A DNA stretch of 63,910 bases, the filler included, from Thraustochytrium aureum (lineage: Eukaryota): the NCBI GenBank assembly GCA_012862495.1. It is 4 parts of 2 records of this genome, joined end to end, with 100 filler letters (N's around TTAATTAATTAA, not from the genome) between each part and the next. Parts side by side here need not be neighbours in the genome. Positions count along the whole stretch, not along the records: positions 24,284 to 50,178 come from BLSG01000124.1; positions 50,279 to 57,416 come from BLSG01000124.1; positions 57,517 to 63,910 come from BLSG01000126.1; 1 more part is not named here. One strand, written 5' to 3'. Every line of letters begins with the position of its first letter. The first letter of the stretch is position 1. Made by a program: the position numbers and the translations under genes. The notes beneath the pieces were generated by a model that saw only the letters and a list, made by a program, of their open reading frames with translations, was not told where the DNA came from and did not search any database. Below, one piece after another: positions 47,201 to 57,892 of the stretch.

Positions 47201-50178
47201 ATGGTCTCTGCCAGCATCTCCAAAAGCATCGTTTCTGACGCTGACTTGTCGTCCTCCGACATAGAAAGCGTTCGAGCGTGCGAGCCGGACCGTGACCTGA
47301 CACGCGGGCGCAGAGGAGGGAGTCCCAACGAAAACTCCTCCTCCCCAGCAAAGCTCTGTTGGATCGGAGGGGCGTGCAGCTGCGCTGTAGGGGCAGCTAG
47401 GAGATCACCGCTCGCTAGGCGCGCGAGGCCGGACGACACCAGCCCCCTGAGCCCGCCACTGAGAATCGGATTTTGAATCCATCGGAGCTGGCGCGATTCT
47501 GCTTCTTGCAAGGTTGCGCTCGAGCCCACAGTGGCATGCACCACGGCTGACACAATGTCTCGACACACGGAAGCAAGGTGGACAAACCAGGGTTGAACGC
47601 GAATCTGTCTGGTCTCGCACACGTACGCCTGAACCGAGACCTTGTACCCCCAGTCCACATCGCTGCCGTCCGAGGTGAAAGTGAAGACAAACTTGCTACC
47701 GGGAATGATCAACGGCGGCGTGGAGCCCTGTCCGGGCCACCCCGACGAGCCGCTGTACCGCTCCTCGCCAAAGTAAGTCCCTTCGAGGGCTTTGTCGGGG
47801 AAATAGTCGACAACTGCGCCGTTCTCAGGAACTCGCAGAAACCTGACGTAGTCGCGATGCTCCTCGGTTGAGGTCCGATCGTCGAAGCGGATTGTGATGA
47901 ATTGCGCCCCAGGAATGTCGATGATCAGCCGGTCAAGCGTATCGTTGGCGTATTCGTGCTCTGATTCTAAGACTTTGTCGACGGAATACACGCGCGACCA
48001 GGCGTAGACCACGCTCTCTTCTTGCAAAGTTGGGGTGGATTGGGCAGCGGCCACCGCTGCAGCGGTGACGATGGTGCTGCTGCGCCGCCTCATGCCCACG
48101 TGACGCCCGCTCGGCGGAGGCTTTCCGAAGGTCTCCTTGTGGCCCCGGAGTAAGGGGAGAACCGCTGAGCGAGCCTACCTTGGCCAGGGAGGCCCCACAC
48201 GTTGAGATTGCCGAGGTGAACTTGACAACGTGAGACAAGAAATTCGTCAGGTGTGCAAGGGAGAGGTCCGACGCGAGCAGGACAGCTGTCGCCCTAGATC
48301 TTTCCTGCTTTGAGCGGAGAAGAAACTCAAGCCATGCGCATGCTGTTGGGAAAGCGCGTCCCACAAGGCTCCGCCGCACGGTATCCGCAAGCCGGGCAAT
48401 GCGCTCTTCCACGAAACTCGTCCCATGTTCAGCCTTCGCCGAGTGGATGGCCACCGCAGCATCGCAGGCACGCTCGAGAATGCAGCTGCACTTGGCAGAT
48501 AGACTGCTGAAGGTCAAAAGCACACCACTCAAGGCGCCGCTAGCAAAGTCCTCGGTGGCCAGGCACAAACCTGTTACGAGCGCCGCAACAATAGCGCTGC
48601 ACGCAGCATCTGACACTGAAGCCAGCGGTGAGCTGTCTGCAGCGCTGACGCTGGCTGCGTCAGCGACTGGGTCCGCCACGAGGCCGATCTCTGCCTCGGC
48701 AAAGCTGCTCACGAAGGCAAGTAGTGAAGGTAGCAGCCGCTCGGCAGCCTGGGCGACCCCGTGAAACGAAAGCGAGAGGAAATGGGCTGCGGCAGCTTGC
48801 AGCAGCCCGCACGTGAGAAGCGCATGCTCGCCTGTGGAAAACGTGTTGACCTGCGCCCCAGTCCCAACCTGCGCCAGCACATAATCGACGATCTCGTCCA
48901 CGTCCAAGTATCGCTCAGGGAACTCGAGAATTACTTGCACGCAGAGTTGCCGCACAAGCGGGGACTCGTCCGGGTCGCGCACGACCTCCGAACAGAAGGA
49001 AAACAGGTCCGCGGCGTTCGAGCCGAAGGCGCCCTGCCCGGAAAGCATACTCACTCCGGCCGCAGCAGCCCTGGCGCTGTCCACTGCGCTGTTCAAGACG
49101 AGGAGCCGCAAGCATGCGGCGACACCGCGTCCCAATGCATCTCGCTCGTTGCCAGCAGCGCCTTCGCGGCGGTCGTGCAAGCTGCGCATGAAGGTTATGA
49201 GCGCGCTGATATCCCCGCTCTCGTCACTCAGAAACAAGTCATACGTGGCACTGCCAAGCGCGTCGCTGAGTAGCCCTGCTGTGCGCATGGAGGGCTCCCC
49301 GGCGAGGCGAAACGGACGGTGCAAAACTTCCGAGAACACTCCGCCAAGCGGCTCGCTCAAGGCAAAAGGTCCACAGAGTTTGCTGATGGCCCCCACTGCG
49401 AGGACCGCCAACTCGACGCGCGTCGGCCCCGTCGGGTGCTCAAGCGAAGACGCGTCAATGGCGTCTTCTTTGCAGCCAGCGTAGCCTCCATTCGGAAACA
49501 TCCGCAGCGTGTTGTGGAGGGCTTGCCAAGCCCAAATGACATTGTGTGCCCGCGAAAATGCGAAAGCGTCAACCAGCGAGTGCAATTTGGCCTCCCCGTC
49601 GAGACTGCGCAGTGCGAGCCTGTCTACTCCCCGCCCGGGTCCAGACGAAGACCCTGGCCACGAGGGCCGTCTCCAGCCCTCGCCGGAAAACTGCTTCCCC
49701 AAGGCGATGCTTCCGGCGTAGCGAATTCGCTGCTTGGCGTCCGGTCGCGACAAGATCTCTTGGTCGTCAACGACAACAATATCCTCCCCGTTCGTGAACG
49801 CCTTCCACTCGAGCAGTCTGTCGAGCTGGGGGAACCCTGATGGCGTGGCGCTTTCGTCGTCATAGCGTGACCTGCGCACAAGTTTGAGACCATCCACGGT
49901 ATCCAAGGTGTCCACAACGAGCTGCTCATCCGGCTCGTCCTGCACGAGGCCGCCCGCGACGGTTGCCTCTAGGGGCGGCAGAAGCGGTGCAGCGCGTTGT
50001 ACAACGTAAACGAATCGCCCATCACTGGCGAGCGGTGGAAGTGGGCCAAGGGGGCCCTCATCAAGTCCTCCTCTTCTTCTCCTTCCTCTTCAGGGTCCTC
50101 GGGGCCATCGTCTTCGGCGTCGACGAACTCGCCGCTAGCCCATCCCACAGGCACGTAGTCCGCTTCGGGCGCTTGAAA
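32781..50178 (-). CDS. Giant multidomain HECT E3 ubiquitin ligase (CUB-like, KOW-like, DOC/APC10, 2x SPRY, Tudor-like, PDZ-like, Cys-rich, 2x CPH-like, HECT); 5' end cut by the scaffold edge, stop codon in a gap; split by five -1 frameshifts, a probable intron and two gaps
   Basis: Overlapping minus-strand ORFs join into one reading. HECT: DDGGPYRQSF, FEFLGKLMGIAIR, LELMVCG, LPYAHTCYFTVDLPRYSS (catalytic Cys at 32857-32859). DOC: PSYWESNGYLPHWIQL...ENYSPEKVEI. CPH: FAKYMVRNCHVHDKVRCSTRYESVDEGDVGEVIRID. SPRY: GRHYWECTLL...LLGVT. Confidence 0.85.
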
Positions 50179-50278
50179 NNNNNNNNNNNNNNNNNNNNNN
50201 NNNNNNNNNNNNNNNNNNNNNNTTAATTAATTAANNNNNNNNNNNNNNNNNNNNNNNNNNNNNNNNNNNNNNNNNNNN
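50179..50278. other. Artificial scaffold linker
   Basis: TTAATTAATTAA at 50223-50234 inside Ns. Confidence 0.95.
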
Positions 50279-51434
50279 CTGGCGCTGGCCTGCAGGCCGG
50301 GTAGTTTCGCTGGCACTCGTCCTCGTGCGCCTCGCAGCGGCCCCGCTTGCGCTGGCAACTTTAGGCATGTTGTAGACGGTGCTGTGGCTGTGCCGGGGCG
50401 CCAGCAGATCCTGCGCAGACGTGCAGAGCGCTCCGACGCTCGCGTTCCAGTAGCTTCGCAGGCCAGCGCTTATATCGCCGCTACTCGCCGAGCGCGGGGT
50501 GCCGTGCTGCGGCGAGTCAGGCCCCAGAACAGCCGCGCTTCGCGCTGCCATGACGATGATGATGACCCTGGCGAGTGCGCGAGGCGCACAAATCTCGTTC
50601 TTCGAGTTGGGCAGCCGTGCCGAACTGCTCCCATCCGCAACGCAGCCGCCAGCAGAGCCCAAATTGCCTCCAGAGCCACGAATCGAAGGCAATCGAAGGC
50701 ACGGCAATCATTCACCCCGCCGCTTTGCACTTTGCACGACAAAGGGCTTGCGAGCGCGCAATGGGTTTCCAGACCAGCAACCCTGCAACGCCTCCATTAC
50801 GCTCTCCCCTTCTCCAAGTTTCAAGACTGGAGACCTGGATTTCCTTGGACAAATATTGACGTTCAATATATGTATGCGCGGAATATGGAGGAGAGTCAAG
50901 GGAGCAGGCCGGGTCGGCCAGAGTGCTGCGTGGCGTGGCGCGCGCGAGCAGAGCGCGATAGTGCGCACACAGACACAGACACACACACACGCTCTGCGCG
51001 GAGGGCGTGCGAACTGCTGGGCAGCTGGCGCTGTGTGGGTGGGTGGGTGCGGTCTGACTGGGAGCGACTTGCTGGCGGCTNNNNNNNNNNNNNNNNNNNN
51101 NNNNNNNNNNNNNNNNNNNNNNNNNNNNNNNNNNNNNNNNNNNNNNNNNNNNNNNNNNNNNNNNNNNNNNNNNNNNNNNNNNNNNNNNNNNNNNNNNNNN
51201 NNNNNNNNNNNNNNNNNNNNNNNNNNNNNNNNNNNNNNNNNNNNNNNNNNNNNNNNNNNNNNNNNNNNNNNNNNNNNNNNNNNNNNNNNNNNNNNNNNNN
51301 NNNNNNNNNNNNNNNNNNNNNNNNNNNNNNNNNNNNNNNNNNNNNNNNNNNNNNNNNNNNNNNNNNNNNNNNNNNNNNNNNNNNNNNNNNNNNNNNNNNN
51401 NNNNNNNNNNNNNNNNNNNNNNNNNNNNNNNNNN

Positions 51435-51741
51435 NTGACGCGCGGCAACCAGCGGGAAACGGACAGGCTGCGCGCAGCGCAGCGCGCTGCCAAGCTCGGG
51501 AAGAAGGAGGGGGCGAGCCGCGCCAAAGATTGGCGGGGCCAACGATGACGCCGCCAAGCTGCAGGCCAAGATTGAGGCCAAGAAGAAGCTGAAGGAAGAA
51601 GGCAAGTTGATAGAAAAGGTCAAAGACAGGGGAGAAAAGTACGTGCCGAAGCAGAAGGTGGAGGCTGTCTTCAATCCGCACACTAGCAAGAAGGATGCAA
51701 AGTATGCGGAAAAGATTGCCAAGAAGGCTGCCAAGTCCTGA
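51435..51741 (+). CDS. SERF: SERF (small EDRK-rich factor / 4F5) family protein with a Lys-rich C-terminal extension; one +1 frameshift near 51505-51530
   Basis: [A]TG ACG CGC GGC AAC CAG CGG GAA = MTRGNQRETDRLRAAQR, the SERF signature (the A of ATG falls in the N gap). The +1 frame continues GGANDDAAKLQAKIEAKKKLKEEG...KKAAKS-TGA. Confidence 0.8.
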
Positions 51742-52224
51742 AGGGCAGGCGCGACGCAGGGATGCGGGCGCCAAGGGAATTCGCGCTCTCGTCTTGCCCG
51801 TTTCCGTTTCCGAACACAGACGGCTGCGGAGCAAGTCAGGCCGCAGGAGTGGGTAAGGGGCGAAGCACGGGTGACCGATGACCGAGTTTGCTCTCTTTTT
51901 AAAAAAATTAAAAAGTAGAGCGCCAGCCAAGGGGCGCCGGTGGCATCCACATGGCGAACGCCTCGCTTGCACGCGTTTGGCGCTTCAAGTCGGCGACGAG
52001 GACGCCGCACATTGCAAATGTTTGATCAAGAATCAAAGGAGAGAGAAGAACCGATTGAATCCAGAGATCTTGAGCGCTGCTGCGCGCGGCAAGGTCTGAT
52101 GTCCTGGGCCAAGTCGCTGGAACGATGACTCGTCCGCCCTCTCACTCGCAACTCTCCCCCTCTCCTACTACCAGCTCTGCTCTTTTGAGCTCTTCTAAAG
52201 AGGCTTGCGTTGAGGGAGGGTCTA

Positions 52225-54065
52225 CTAGTTCACCGTTGCGCGCTTCGACGTGTGGTCGGGCTGGTCGGTGCCACGCAAGCACCACGTCGGCGGCTTTTGA
52301 CGCAAGGACGCAACCTGAATATTCATCGTCTGCACGAATTGCTGCGCGGTCCGCACCGTGCCGCACTTGAACTGGTCCGCTCGCGCGAGTACGGAGTTGA
52401 GTCTCGGCGGCTTGTCACGCCAGCCGACAAGCTTTTGCACGCGCGGGATGATCAGGTCCGTTAGCCTGTTGTGAATGCCGCCATTGGAAAACACCATGCC
52501 CACGGATTCCCAAAACTTGGGGCTCTCCTTGCGCACGTACTCGTGCTTCATCACGTCAATAGCTGGCGCATAAATGTCGTACCCGCTGGTCCAGAAGCGG
52601 ATGCTTAGGCTTATTTCTTCTCCCATGAAGAGCCAAGGCAGGAAGGGGTCGAAGGGCACGTTGTTGACGACAGAGCCGTGCGCAATCAAAAACCCAGCCG
52701 CTACGAAACAGGAGTGGTGTGGCCTGGACCGGTCCACCGACCTTGAGAACGTCCGATCGCTCTGCACAAGACGCACAGTCTTGTGCTCCCCACCAGCTTC
52801 TTCGAACGAGCACCCGCACAGCGCGCTCGGAGCCGACGCGCTGCTGTAGCCTGAGGGCGCGGGCCACAACGTGGTGTCGGTCGGGTCGCCGCCGGGAGGG
52901 TAGTTTGAGATTACCGAGAACGGGTAGCTAGGCGTGCGCTTCATCTGGTCGATGATCCAATAGTCCCAGTCCTCGCGAAAGTAGGTGTGCGCGTCAATCT
53001 GCAGAAAGTAGTTCTCGCCCCGGTACAGCTTGCTGTTCAGATAGCGCCCGAAAAACGGCCCGTACGCCTCGCGCTCGCCAAGCCGCAGAATGCGGACCTG
53101 ACGCTTGCAGAGCTCCGGGTTCTCCTCGCAAAACGCCTCGATGCAGTCCTCGTCCGGGCCTTCCTGCTTGACCCACCGCCGCGTGTCGCCCCATCCAGTG
53201 CCGGTGAAGCAATTTTCTACGTTGCAGTTTTGCTGCACAATTCCGACGAAGAGTCGCTCGGGGTTCCGTGCGTTGCGGAAGGCATTGCGCACCGTTTGTG
53301 AGCAGGTCCGGTCTCGATAGCTCGAGATAGAGAGGTAGATAGTCCCGTCCTCGCGCGTCTCGTACAGCGTCGAGAGGTGAAGCGTGTCGTCGTCGTCGAG
53401 TGCAGCCTCCATGGTCTCGCGAAACGCCTCCCACACCGCCTCAGCCGTGGCCCGAGTCTTGCACGAATTGAGCACGAAGGAGACCTCGTCACTAGTAGAG
53501 TCAAGCGCGGCGCGGCCCTCTCTCAGCTCGTACATCCCTCCCGTCAGGGTTACACCACCGCACGCAGCTTGCGCTTCACATGCGGCCTTGGCCTCCTCCA
53601 GCGTTTGGTGCCTCGAGCATCCGTTGCCGGGAGGGCAGCCCGACAGGTAGCCTTTAACGGCTTCGCGCCAGGCAGGGCCACTCGCTTCGCACGGCGGGGG
53701 CTTCTCCCCGATCGACTGGAGGTACTTGTGCTGGAATGGTGCGAGTGCGTCGCGTATGCGCCGCATGAGCTCCTCCACGTCTGGGTCGGGCCCGCTCTGG
53801 ATGACCTTAAGCGGCCGGGGGCTTGCATGCCAGTCGCGCGACCGGACGCGTCGAGCTCTGCTGCTGGAGAGTCCTCCGAGCTGTTGGAGACCGCGTTGGC
53901 GGTCTCAAACAGCAGCGCGATGAGCTGCACTAGCATGCCAACAACAACAAGAAACAGGATGGCCCAAACCACCCTGGGTATCGAATCCCCTCCGCGCCGC
54001 TTCCTCGCCACCTCAGACTGCTTGGCGCGCCATCTGCTCAGGTTGTTCGGTCTCGAGACGTGCAT
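52225..54065 (-). CDS. GT60 family alpha-GlcNAc transferase (Gnt1/Gnt2-like), type II membrane, with a PAN/apple-like Cys-rich stem; -1 frameshift near 53818-53822
   Basis: TIYLSISSYRD..C..TV.NAF..A.NPERLFVGIVQQN, GPFFGRY, YFLQIDAH, FVAAGF, VPFDPFLPWLFMGEEI...RFWTSGYDIYAP. The N-terminal TM (VVWAILFLVVVGMLVQLIALLF) in ORF 53550..54101 joins if one C is added to the C5 run. Confidence 0.88.
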
Positions 54066-54625
54066 CTTTTGGCCGGCCCCAAATCTCTGCGGCCGCGTCA
54101 AGTGCCGGCCCCGCCAGGCCCAACCCCGGCCCGCCTCTCAGTACAGATCGCTTTGCCTGCTGTCGCGCTGTGCGCTCCCCGCCGCCCTCGCCGCGACCGA
54201 GCCAAGTGCCAGGTTGGCGCCCTGTTGACCCCTGCAATTCGGCCAGCACAACCGTCTCACAAGGACAAGCGGTGAATGATTAGGTGAGTAGGCCTATTCT
54301 TGTCGAGACGCGTCCACCCCACGCATCCATCACCGGCATGGCATGGCATGCCATGGCATGGCGTGGCTTTCACGTGCTGATCAACTGAGTGAGGTCCGTG
54401 GCCAAGGCCAGTCAGGTGCCATGCGCGCATGCACAGGGAGGGACCGCTGATTCTCTCTCCACTCGTCACGGTGATGGATAACCTTGCGTTTGCTGGCCAC
54501 GTCGCCAGCGCGGAACGAGAGCAGGCGTGATCGCTGGATGAGCAAGCGCAGGAGTAAGGCGTTGGTAGGCTACAAAGAAGGAGCGTCACGGTGTGCCATG
54601 CAGCATGGCGGAGCAAGGAGGATGC

Positions 54626-57416
54626 TCATGGGGCAAGCGCGGCTGACAGAGCGGCCCGCACTCCGCGCGCGACCGACGCGTTGACGGAGCGCACGTAGAC
54701 GTTGGCTGATGTACCAAGTATCTTGAGGCGAACGAGGCAGCCAACCACTGCTGCTTGCTGCGTCGCCACATTGACTGTGGCAGTTCGCACAGTCGTTGCA
54801 GCTGTGATGGTGGAAAAGTCCTCCGACTTGTCCGCGGCAAAGCGAAGACCAGAGAGCGCGCGCATGACTCGGTCAACGGCTGCGACACCTAGTCCAGGGA
54901 GCGCAAATGATTCTTGCGGCTTGCCAAGGAGGGCCTGCCATCGCGAGTTGAACTCATCAGCGTCAAAGCGAACCGGCTGCCCAAAGCTGCAGACGCTGAC
55001 CGGCAGTCGAAGCTTGACCGTGCGAGGTTCACCTGTAGGCGCAGTGAACGTTATCGCAAGCGACGGTGAACTCTCGAACGGGGACATGCACGTCACCACA
55101 ACCTGCACACGGGCTTGCGACCGAGGCCCAATCGAGCTCTCGACGGTTCCCGCCTGGACCACAAGGGCTGCTGAGCTGGGCACAGAGGCAGAAACTCCGA
55201 AGAGCGGCGCCGGCGTGCGGTTGCCTAGGAAAAGGATGATCTTGCCTTGCGCGCCTTGGTACTGATGCTGCACGCCGATCTGGACGCAGTCGTCCTGGAA
55301 TAGCAAGCCTTTCGTCTCCGCAAGCGCTGCCCCAAACCAGCGGTCCTCGGGGCCGAGCGGCCGGCTCTCTAGGCCGCTAGACAAAAGAGTACGGTCTGCG
55401 TCCTCGTCCGTTGCTTGGTCTGCAGCCTCGTGTCCAGTGATGCCCAACAAGTCTTCTTCTGCAGGGGCCGCTCCAACAGCGCTCGCTGCCGCGCGCGCGA
55501 TAGTCGAAGCGGCGACACCGCCTGGTGCTACAGCGGCGGTTGCGCGCACAGGGACGGAGGCCGGCGCAGGCTGGTGCTGTGCACCAGGCGCGGACCGCGC
55601 CTCAAGGGCCCTGACCACAGCCGAGATGCGGTCGCTGGGAAAGGGGGGCATCGACTCGAGCGAGGCTTCGCGCTTCGCCTTGGGGAGCTGCAAGAGCACA
55701 AAGTACTCGCACGCACGCTGTTGCAGCTCAGGGTCTGCGGCGTCCCGAAACGCGTCGAGGAGAAGAGAGACCTCCTCGAGAAGCTCGGCCTCGTAAAGGT
55801 GCGCGATCTTGGCGTACGCGTGGAACAGCAGGCTGCGTGTCGCGTCGGTCACGTTGGCGAGGTGCTGGTTGACGGCCTCAAAGAGCTGGAGCGGGGCCAC
55901 AGGGGCAAAGTCGGGCCCCTGGACGGCCACGTTTGGCTCCACTAAGAGGTAGCCGAACTCACCCAGGATGTANNNNNNNNNNNNNNNNNNNNNNNNNNNN
56001 NNNNNNNNNNNNNNNNNNNNNNNNNNNNNNNNNNNNNNNNNNNNNNNNNNNNNNNNNNNNNNNNNNNNNNNNNNNNNNNNNNNNNNNNNNNNNNNNNNNN
56101 NNNNNNNNNNNNNNNNNNNNNNNNNNNNNNNNNNNNNNNNNNNNNNNNNNNNNNNNNNNNNNNNNNNNNNNNNNNNNNNNNNNNNNNNNNNNNNNNNNNN
56201 NNNNNNNNNNNNNNNNNNNNNNNNNNNNNCCTTTTTGCGGATCGAGTTGTCGCTGTCCCGCAGAGAGGCTTTGACAGTGTCTTGGTAGCTGCGGATGCTG
56301 TGGAGAACGCTTTCCAGGCCGTCGCGCTGCGCCGCTTGCGCCAAGCGCGACATGCTAGCCAACCCCTGGTACCTCACGTTGCTGTCCGGCAAGAGGATCA
56401 GCGTTGCAAGGTGCCGGACTGCCGCCTCGATCAGCTGCGCGCTCGAGCTCGGCAGCGTGTCGCCGTAGTGCGTGACTAGATTGACGGCCTCCACAAGCGT
56501 CGCGAAGCGCGCGTTCCTTTGCGCTGTCTCGCATACTTTGTCTGCTTCGCCAAAGACCGATTTCAAGACACCCACCAGCATCTCCGCCACTTCGCTCTGT
56601 GAGAGGGCGGAAGGGAACGGAAACAGTTGCAGGAACTTGAACGCCCGCACCTGGATGAACGGGCAGGGGATATTGTGGTAAAAGTACCCCTTGGGAATCG
56701 TTTGAGCGACGACCACCTTGTCCAAGAGACGGACGACATCCCCCACGCACTCTGCAAACGGGGCGGGTTCTCGCTCCGCCAGTCGAGTCACCAACGTGAG
56801 TACAGACAGGGTTTGCCCAAGCTGATAGGTTGAGTCGATCATTGGCTGGACGTGTGGGAGGAGGTCCTGCGGCATCGCCACGGCGGGGCGAGCACGCGCA
56901 AACGAGCAGATGCACAGCGCAGCCTTTTTGCGAACCTGAGGGTTCGTCTCGTCGTTTTCGAGGATCCGGCTCACTTCCCCCGCGAGCGAGTCGGCCAGCT
57001 CTGCGCCCCCAATGTTGCCGATCAGGTTCAGAGCGAGGCTCTGTGCGAAAAGATCAGCTGATTGCAGGTCGAGCCGGACGGTGTTGATCACGAGCCGGGC
57101 CAGGTCGCTGTTCGAGCCAAGGAGGACGCCCAGAGCAAGATAGCCGACATATTTTTCCGCGGCGACGCTGCTGGAGGCGAGGTTGACGGCCTCAATGTGG
57201 CCAAACTCGACCTCGTACCCGAGCATGAAAATGTAAACAAGCTTCCACACGTACTTTTTCCTGTCATAGCTCTTGAGTTGCTTGGCGCCAGAAAACTTTT
57301 GCCGCACGTTTGCGAGCTCCTTCTGCACGCGCGCCTCCTCGGCTTCCTTGCTCTGGCACGCGCGCACGTCGTTGATAAACTTTCGCAGCCCGCGCTTCAG
57401 CGGCACTTTTCCAAAC
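54626..57416 (-). CDS. AP2A: AP-2 complex subunit alpha (alpha-adaptin); start codon just beyond the scaffold edge; internal gap
   Basis: RGLRKFINDVRACQSKEAEEARVQKELANVRQKF, YDRKKYVWKLVYIFMLGYEVEFGHIEAVNL, YILGEFG, ELQQRACEY; ear domain GLLFQDDCVQIGV. Confidence 0.93.
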
Positions 57417-57516
57417 NNNNNNNNNNNNNNNNNNNNNNNNNNNNNNNNNNNNNNNNNNNNTTAATTAATTAANNNNNNNNNNNNNNNNNNNNNNNNNNNN
57501 NNNNNNNNNNNNNNNN
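57417..57516. other. Artificial scaffold linker
   Basis: TTAATTAATTAA at 57461-57472 inside Ns. Confidence 0.95.
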
Positions 57517-57892
57517 CATGCACTTATTTTGTTAAAATCTGCAGCGGCGTCGTGGCGATGCGCGTTTGCCATGCTAAGAGCGGAGGGGATCTTACTCAAA
57601 AGCAAGCCAAATTCTCGAGCGATACAGACGCCATGGGGCCGGAAAGCTCCAACAGTTCACTAGTTTGTACCACGATCCCTTCGACAAACGGATGCAGTCG
57701 TTTCGCCTCTTGTAGTGTGTTGTTTGCCTCGTTGACTAGCAGTGCTGATGTTGTAAGCCGCTTGCTTCAGGACCTTCGCGTCCGGCTCGCGGCCGTGCAT
57801 GGCCCGGCCCGCACGATTGTGTCCGCCCGAGCTGGGCCTCTGAGAGACTGCCAATTGGCGAGAGGAATCGTTTTGCATGTTGGTGGATTTTA

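Noticed and set aside
50279..50707. Minus-strand ORF running into the linker as the 5' end of the HECT gene
   Set aside because: It lies across an artificial linker and has no recognisable motif; the connection cannot be supported from sequence.
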